Source of the DNA: Herpetosiphon geysericola
Lineage (GTDB): Bacteria; Chloroflexota; Chloroflexia; Chloroflexales; Herpetosiphonaceae
Assembly (NCBI RefSeq): GCF_001306135.1
Contig: NZ_LGKP01000040.1
Coordinates: forward strand, 88,726-152,725
Length of the DNA stretch: 64,000 nt
Direction: 5' to 3'
A model generated the notes under the pieces. It saw only the letters and a list, made by a program, of their open reading frames with translations, was not told where the DNA came from and ran no database searches. Shown here in pieces: positions 59,329 to 64,000 of this stretch (its first letter is position 1; each line of letters opens with the position of its first letter). The position numbers and the translations under genes are program-made.

Positions 59329-59357
59329 TTGACATTCTATAAAGCTAGATTTATAAT
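59329..59357 (+). promoter_or_regulatory. consensus sigma70-type promoter (TTGACA-17-TATAAT)
   Basis: Perfect hexamers at 59329-59334 and 59352-59357 with a 17-nt spacer. Followed by AGGAGG RBS and ATG 59388. Confidence 0.5.
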
Positions 59358-59387
59358 ATTATATAAATCATCAAGGAGGTTAAATCA

Positions 59388-59936
59388 ATGGCACACACAA
59401 AATCGGTCACCTACAACTTCAAGAATCGGGATTTCGATGCTTATGTGAACGGCGAATATGTTGGCTCATTCCCCACCGATCTGGATGCACGTATGGTCTG
59501 CAATCGCTTGGTATTGGAATTGATTGAACTGGATAATCGGGCCGTTGAGGAAGCTGAAGCAGTAATGGCCGTTACTGCTGTTCAATCAGCCACCGAAGCC
59601 AATGCTGATGCTGGTGAGGAATCGACTACCTTTTTAATGGATGAAGAAGCGCGCGCTGGAGTTGCTTCTTTCGAAGTCGTCGATTTGATTCCCATGCCTG
59701 TGGTCACGGCTACCACCTATGTGAATACGCCAATTGATGCACTTGCTCGCACCATGGTGATTTTGAGCCGCAACTGGCAACGCGCTATTCGCGCAGGCCG
59801 CTATGCTGATGCCGAACGTATCGAGGCCCATGAACAGGCCGTCCGCAGCCAATTCCGTTCCCTCTCCTGTCCCTCGCTCCCAATAACACTTGCTGCTCAG
59901 CAGCGGACAACGACCAGCCGCCGGATTAACTATTAA
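59388..59936 (+). CDS. hypothetical protein
   Basis: 182-aa ORF with a strong RBS, driven by the consensus promoter. Confidence 0.4.
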   Translation: MAHTKSVTYNFKNRDFDAYVNGEYVGSFPTDLDARMVCNRLVLELIELDNRAVEEAEAVMAVTAVQSATEANADAGEESTTFLMDEEARAGVASFEVVDLIPMPVVTATTYVNTPIDALARTMVILSRNWQRAIRAGRYADAERIEAHEQAVRSQFRSLSCPSLPITLAAQQRTTTSRRINY

Positions 59937-60029
59937 ACCCTTTACTGCTCGTCAAAGCAGCAAAGGGCCACATATGACCGAGGTACAGATTCGACCCCTA
60001 TGCCTCGGTCACGAAAAGGATGATAGCTG

Positions 60030-60341
60030 ATGGCACAGAACTATGTCAATTCCGATCGCTGCCAACGCTTGGCTCGCGCCAGCGCTATTGTGCAGCTCGC
60101 GACCATTATTCAGGAAGAAGAAGGCATCGACGATAACACAGCCTACACCTTGGCCGAGCAAGAGCTGGATGCAATCGTTGCCACCGAAGCAGCATGGCGT
60201 GAACCGCAAGCTGTCGCAACGCTCCGCATGCTACCAACGACCTGGGGTGTCGTGCTCGTGCGCAACTGCTCGCGCTTGGTTGTCCATCGTGCTGATGTTC
60301 CGGCTATTCTGGAAACCTTGACCCGTTGGGTTGCATCCTAA
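60030..60341 (+). CDS. hypothetical small protein, paralogue of 2623..2931
   Basis: ASAIVQLATIIQEEEGIDDNTAYTLAEQELDAIV versus VASHIVQLAVIVREAEGINDNDAYMVAEQIIDHV. Confidence 0.4.
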   Translation: MAQNYVNSDRCQRLARASAIVQLATIIQEEEGIDDNTAYTLAEQELDAIVATEAAWREPQAVATLRMLPTTWGVVLVRNCSRLVVHRADVPAILETLTRWVAS

Positions 60342-60362
60342 TTAATAGAGAGGATTATCGTT

Positions 60363-60713
60363 ATGGCTGATACCGCTCCAACCCAGGCAACCATTAAAGT
60401 TGAGCACCAGATTCACTTCACGCTTGATGGCTTTCCCTGCACAACCTCGGTCGCCGGTGCAACTGCCGATCAACTAAAGGTGGTTATTGATCGGTTAAAA
60501 GCGATCGGTGCGCAACCACCAACTGCGCATACGCTTCAACCAGCCACAGCCGCTGCGCAACCCAGTGCTCCTGCACAACGAACATGCCCAACGCATGGGA
60601 CAGCTTTGCAGCTGCGCCAAGGAACGCGGCGTGGCGGCAAGCCCTACAAATTTTGGAGCTGCAACCATACCGATGCTGATGGCAACTGGTGCGATCATAC
60701 TGAGAAGCCCTAG
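60363..60713 (+). CDS. small protein with a C-terminal topoisomerase-type C4 zinc ribbon
   Basis: CPTHGTALQLRQGTRRGGKPYKFWSCNHTDADGNWC resembles zf-C4_Topoisom (CPxCG...GKxGxFxGCsxyPxC). Confidence 0.45.
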   Translation: MADTAPTQATIKVEHQIHFTLDGFPCTTSVAGATADQLKVVIDRLKAIGAQPPTAHTLQPATAAAQPSAPAQRTCPTHGTALQLRQGTRRGGKPYKFWSCNHTDADGNWCDHTEKP

Positions 60714-60723
60714 CGGAGGATCT

Positions 60724-60954
60724 ATGGAATTAACCGCTGCGGCGATTCGTCGCTATGTGGCCACCCGCTTGGCCGCGCACATTGCTGACATACACGCGTT
60801 CCCTGGTCCACATCCTGAATGGGATGCTGGCTATCTTGATGGCTATGGGACGGCCTTGACCGATCTGACAGAATGGATACGAGAAACTCTTGGTGAAGTT
60901 CTCCCGCCACTCGTTGATCGCGAAGCCGATGGACTCGATATCGCGATTGACTGA
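60724..60954 (+). CDS. hypothetical small protein
   Basis: 76-aa ORF starting MELTAAAIRRY. Confidence 0.3.
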   Translation: MELTAAAIRRYVATRLAAHIADIHAFPGPHPEWDAGYLDGYGTALTDLTEWIRETLGEVLPPLVDREADGLDIAID

Positions 60955-61024
60955 CCGATGATGGATGACCCGCCAGCAGTTCAAATCAGGCTGTTGGCGG
61001 ATGTTTTTTTAGCGCGAAACGGTT

Positions 61025-62056
61025 ATGATAATGCACATTATACAAACCGCTGGAGAGTCGAGCATGAACGATGATTTTTCACTCGCCTTAACCACCCTTG
61101 CCACAACTACACCAACGGCAATCCAATCAACAACGAATCCTTTCATTGCCTATATTGCCAGTCTGCAAAGTGCCAATAGTCAACGCACCATGGAGAAGCA
61201 GCTGCATAGTTTGGCAACAATGATGGGCTTTACCGATGCGCATGTGGTTCCATGGGCGCAGCTGCGGGTTGAACATACCCAAGCCTTGTGGGCCAAGCTC
61301 GCCAGTAGCAAATCAGCAGCAACCGCCAACCTCATGCTCTCGGCATTACGCGGGGTGCTGAAAATGGCGTGGCGCATGGGTTTAATAAGTGGCGAGGACT
61401 ACACCCGAGCGGTCGATCTTAAAACGGTTAAAGGCAATACCCCTGATGCCGCAGCGGGCCGATCGCTGACCGCTGCCGAACTCCGTGCCTTGTTCGCAGC
61501 GTGTGCTGCTGATTCATCACCGGTTGGGCGGCGTGACGCAGCGATTCTAGCATTGGCCTATGCAGCTGGAGGTTTGCGGCGCGCCGAGATCGTCAATCTC
61601 GATCTGGCAGACTTCAATCCTGAAACGGCGATGCTGACTATTCGTGGCAAGGGGAACAAGGTTCGAACAGCATATGTACGCGGTGGTGCGCGTGATGCCC
61701 TCGACGAGTGGCTGGCAGTACGCGGCGATGAATCAGGGCCACTGTTTTGGCGCTTACAAGCTGGTGGTGTGGCAGGCCAGATGTATGAGCGCCTTAGTGA
61801 TCAGGCGATTTATATCTTGTGCCAGCGGCGGGGCAAGGAAGCGAATATCCGGCATTTCAGCCCACACGATATTCGGCGAACCTTTATTAGCGATCAACTC
61901 GATGCCGGAACCGATGTCTTGACCGTGGCTCGGCTCGCTGGCCATAGCAATGCCAACACCACCAGTCGCTATGATCGGCGGGGTGAGCGCGCAAAGCAAG
62001 CGGCGGCTGATGCATTGCATGTACCGTTTGTTTCCCTTATTGGTGATAATATATAA
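61025..62056 (+). CDS. tyrosine recombinase / phage-type integrase
   Basis: Catalytic R (GGLRRAEI), HDIRRTF and GHSNANTTSRY. The start is more likely at 61064 (GGAG RBS, MNDDFSL). Confidence 0.8.
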   Translation: MIMHIIQTAGESSMNDDFSLALTTLATTTPTAIQSTTNPFIAYIASLQSANSQRTMEKQLHSLATMMGFTDAHVVPWAQLRVEHTQALWAKLASSKSAATANLMLSALRGVLKMAWRMGLISGEDYTRAVDLKTVKGNTPDAAAGRSLTAAELRALFAACAADSSPVGRRDAAILALAYAAGGLRRAEIVNLDLADFNPETAMLTIRGKGNKVRTAYVRGGARDALDEWLAVRGDESGPLFWRLQAGGVAGQMYERLSDQAIYILCQRRGKEANIRHFSPHDIRRTFISDQLDAGTDVLTVARLAGHSNANTTSRYDRRGERAKQAAADALHVPFVSLIGDNI

Positions 62057-62128
62057 CTGATTAAAGTATGTCTATCTATTGAGAGTCACTGGATCTCGAG
62101 AAATTTGTATTTATTAGGAGATAACAAT

Positions 62129-63400
62129 ATGTCGGTATATATTACTCAAATCGAAGCATATAATATTCATGATAGATTTACAATTAAACAGTCTTTTCAA
62201 TCAGGGCTTAATATCATTTATGGAAATAATGGATCAGGAAAGACCACTTTATTGCATATAATAGCAAATATTCTTACAGGAGATCTTAGAAGATTGAAAT
62301 ATATTCAATTTTCTAGAATATTAATTGAATTCAGTAATTATAATCATATTATGATTTTGAATAATGAAAATTCTATTGATGTTTATATTAATAGCGATGA
62401 TTTTATTAAGTTATCAAAAAGAGGAAGCAATATTAATTCAGAATTAATAAATAAATTATTATTCAACAATCTATTATTTGATGTAGGGTATTTTCCTGCA
62501 TTTCGTACAATGATAGATGCATGGTTTTTTATGAATTTATCAGGAAATAATGAAAATAATAATAGTTCAAATTCAATAACAAAATTAGCAAGAGAAACTT
62601 TTAGCAATTTTATTCCCAATATAGATTATGTTTCTCCTATTGAAATCCAAGAAAAAATAAATGATGAAATAAAATCAGCAAGATTATCAATTTCTGATAT
62701 AGAAAATGAATTATTAGTAAATGCATTTTATAAAATGATTGATTTAGTGGCTAATAAAGATATAAAATCCTTGGAAGGTAAAAATAAAATAATTATGGAT
62801 ATACTTAGAATTATTAATCATGATAATAAATCCGTACTTAGAAGTTCTTTTTATCCAGAAAAAATCACTAATAAACTTCGTAATATATCAGATATAATTA
62901 ATTCAGAATATGATGAAAAAACGGATACAATAAATACAATTATACTTAGTATTTTCAGAGATATACTTAAGGATAGATCTAAGAAACAAACATTATTTTT
63001 ACGACACATAGAAAATTATTTAAGTTCTGTCAATGAATTCTTTGAAGATAAAAAGTTAGAATTTATCATATCAAGCAATAAAGATGGTCATGATGAGTAT
63101 AAGATATCTGTTACATCTAATAATAAAGTATATAATAATTTCCAATCTTTATCTTCAGGGGAGCGTCAAATTATTACTCTTCTATATACTGCAACATATA
63201 TGAGTTCTAAAGAAATAATACTAATAGATGAACCTGAGATATCCTTACATGTTGACTGGCAAAGACTTTTGCTAAAGAAATTAATGAGTCAAATAAAGGA
63301 TAAACGGCCAAAAAATAAACAGTTAATAGTATGTACACATTCTCCGTTTATATCTGCCGATCATATGGATCATATGAAAAAACTTGAAGTTGAAGGTTAA
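62129..63400 (+). CDS. ABC/SMC-like ATPase (AAA_15/AAA_21-type), AriA/AbiLi-like
   Basis: RBS AGGAG before ATG 62129. N-terminal ...GLNIIYGNNGSGKTTLLHIIANIL (Walker A), long helical insert, signature SSGERQ, Walker B ILIDEPE, D-loop SLH, H-loop CTHSP. Very AT-rich. Confidence 0.75.
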   Translation: MSVYITQIEAYNIHDRFTIKQSFQSGLNIIYGNNGSGKTTLLHIIANILTGDLRRLKYIQFSRILIEFSNYNHIMILNNENSIDVYINSDDFIKLSKRGSNINSELINKLLFNNLLFDVGYFPAFRTMIDAWFFMNLSGNNENNNSSNSITKLARETFSNFIPNIDYVSPIEIQEKINDEIKSARLSISDIENELLVNAFYKMIDLVANKDIKSLEGKNKIIMDILRIINHDNKSVLRSSFYPEKITNKLRNISDIINSEYDEKTDTINTIILSIFRDILKDRSKKQTLFLRHIENYLSSVNEFFEDKKLEFIISSNKDGHDEYKISVTSNNKVYNNFQSLSSGERQIITLLYTATYMSSKEIILIDEPEISLHVDWQRLLLKKLMSQIKDKRPKNKQLIVCTHSPFISADHMDHMKKLEVEG

Positions 63401-63405
63401 TTATA

Positions 63406-64000
63406 TGCAAAGAGATATAAGAATGGATATGGATGTATATTTAACGTATATTACAATGAGTAACAAGAAACATATCTTAGTTGAAGGAAATAGTGATCAA
63501 GAGATGATCTCTAAGTTTACCGAACGATTAGTTGAAAAATATAGTAATTTTTTAGGTAATATAGATATTGATATTGTTGGAGAACTTCTAAGGTCTTGTA
63601 TAGAAAATGTTAGAGAAAGAGTGTTATTTATAAGTGATTTTGTTAATTATAAAATAAAACCAAAAAATTTTTTAAGTTTTATTGATCGTGAATTTTGGGG
63701 GTTTATTATTGAACCAAATATAGTTGATATTATCTCAAATCATAATGTTGATGGATTAACGATTTGTTCTAGAGGACATTCCATAGAAAATTATTTATTC
63801 AATTCTACTATATTAGGAGAAGTATTTTACAATCTCTCAAGTCTTAATAATAATCAAAAAAACATGGCGATTATATTATTCAAGAAAATATTTATTGATT
63901 CATTAAAAACAGCTTGCGCTATAAGTATAACAGCATTTCTTTTTAATAAAATCAATAAAATTAACAAAGACCCATTTCATAAATATATAGAAATAAATGA
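63406..64000 (+). CDS. OLD/DUF4435-type Toprim-like putative nuclease (AriB/AbiLii-like), truncated by the window end
   Basis: Hand translation MQRDIRMDMDVYLTYITMSNKKHILVEGNSDQEMISKF...FIDREFWGF...RGHSIENYLF. The VEGxSD glutamate, the DRE acidic pair and HSxENY are the pattern I associate with OLD-family Toprim/DUF4435 proteins. Starts 5 nt after the ATPase stop. Confidence 0.55.

Larger units (their letters stand above)
57655..64000. mobile_element. genomic island downstream of tRNA-Asn (partial; continues past the window end), mosaic G+C, with a tyrosine integrase and a defence-like cargo
   Basis: Starts right after the tandem tRNA genes. Contains an HTH array, an integrase, and a low-GC (about 25-30%) ATPase plus Toprim-like module. 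No direct repeat of the tRNA 3' end was found inside the window. Confidence 0.55.

Noticed and set aside
62129-63400. Gabija (GajA) or Septu (PtuA) assignment for the AT-rich ATPase
   Set aside because: GajA has the Toprim fused in one polypeptide with a helicase partner, and Septu pairs the ATPase with an HNH nuclease. Here the partner starts 5 nt downstream and has Toprim-like (E, DxE, H..E.Y) motifs rather than HNH. A split OLD/PARIS/AbiL-type arrangement therefore fits better.

Overview
Bacterial chromosomal window of about 50% G+C with a Chloroflexi-like housekeeping backbone and two horizontally acquired regions. The backbone carries an acyltransferase, a frameshifted Sir2 deacylase, an MsbA-like ABC exporter, Lon protease, a nuoI-J-K-L-M-N block, a CobW/COG0523 GTPase and two tandem tRNA-Asn(GTT) genes. 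(1) A roughly 39.3 kb siphovirus-type prophage (about 4081-43428) sits inside a comM (Mg-chelatase-like ATPase) gene. The comM 5' part ends at 4080 (...GAMNPCPC) and the 3' part resumes at 43429 (GYFSDPTRQC...ISGPLLDRIDIHIEVPR...). The prophage encodes a large serine recombinase at the left junction and a leftward early arm with RecT, an SF1-like helicase, an SF2 helicase, a CHC2-Toprim primase and RusA. A divergent switch region has direct and inverted operator-like repeats and three tandem paralogous Cro-like HTH genes. Next comes a lower-GC patch of three membrane-protein genes, then a lysis cassette with an amidase_2 endolysin, then TerS/TerL, a portal fused to a Mu-F-like domain, an HK97-like capsid with a long N-terminal extension, a Pro/Glu tandem-repeat protein, a tail tube, a tail chaperone with a -1 frameshift site (C_CCA_AAC), a 1073-aa tape measure and tail tip proteins. 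The right arm is an AT-rich moron, an orphan C5 cytosine methyltransferase and small hypothetical genes. (2) Downstream of the tandem tRNA-Asn genes is a mosaic genomic island that runs off the window end. It has four tandem XRE-type HTH genes (one a double-HTH fusion), a block of hypothetical genes, a tyrosine integrase, and a very AT-rich (by eye about 25-30% G+C) two-gene module: an ABC/SMC-like ATPase (AAA_15/21-like) followed by a protein with OLD/DUF4435 Toprim-like motifs. This module is PARIS/AbiL-like in architecture. A dispersed composite intergenic repeat family occurs at four loci. No CRISPR array and no rRNA were seen.
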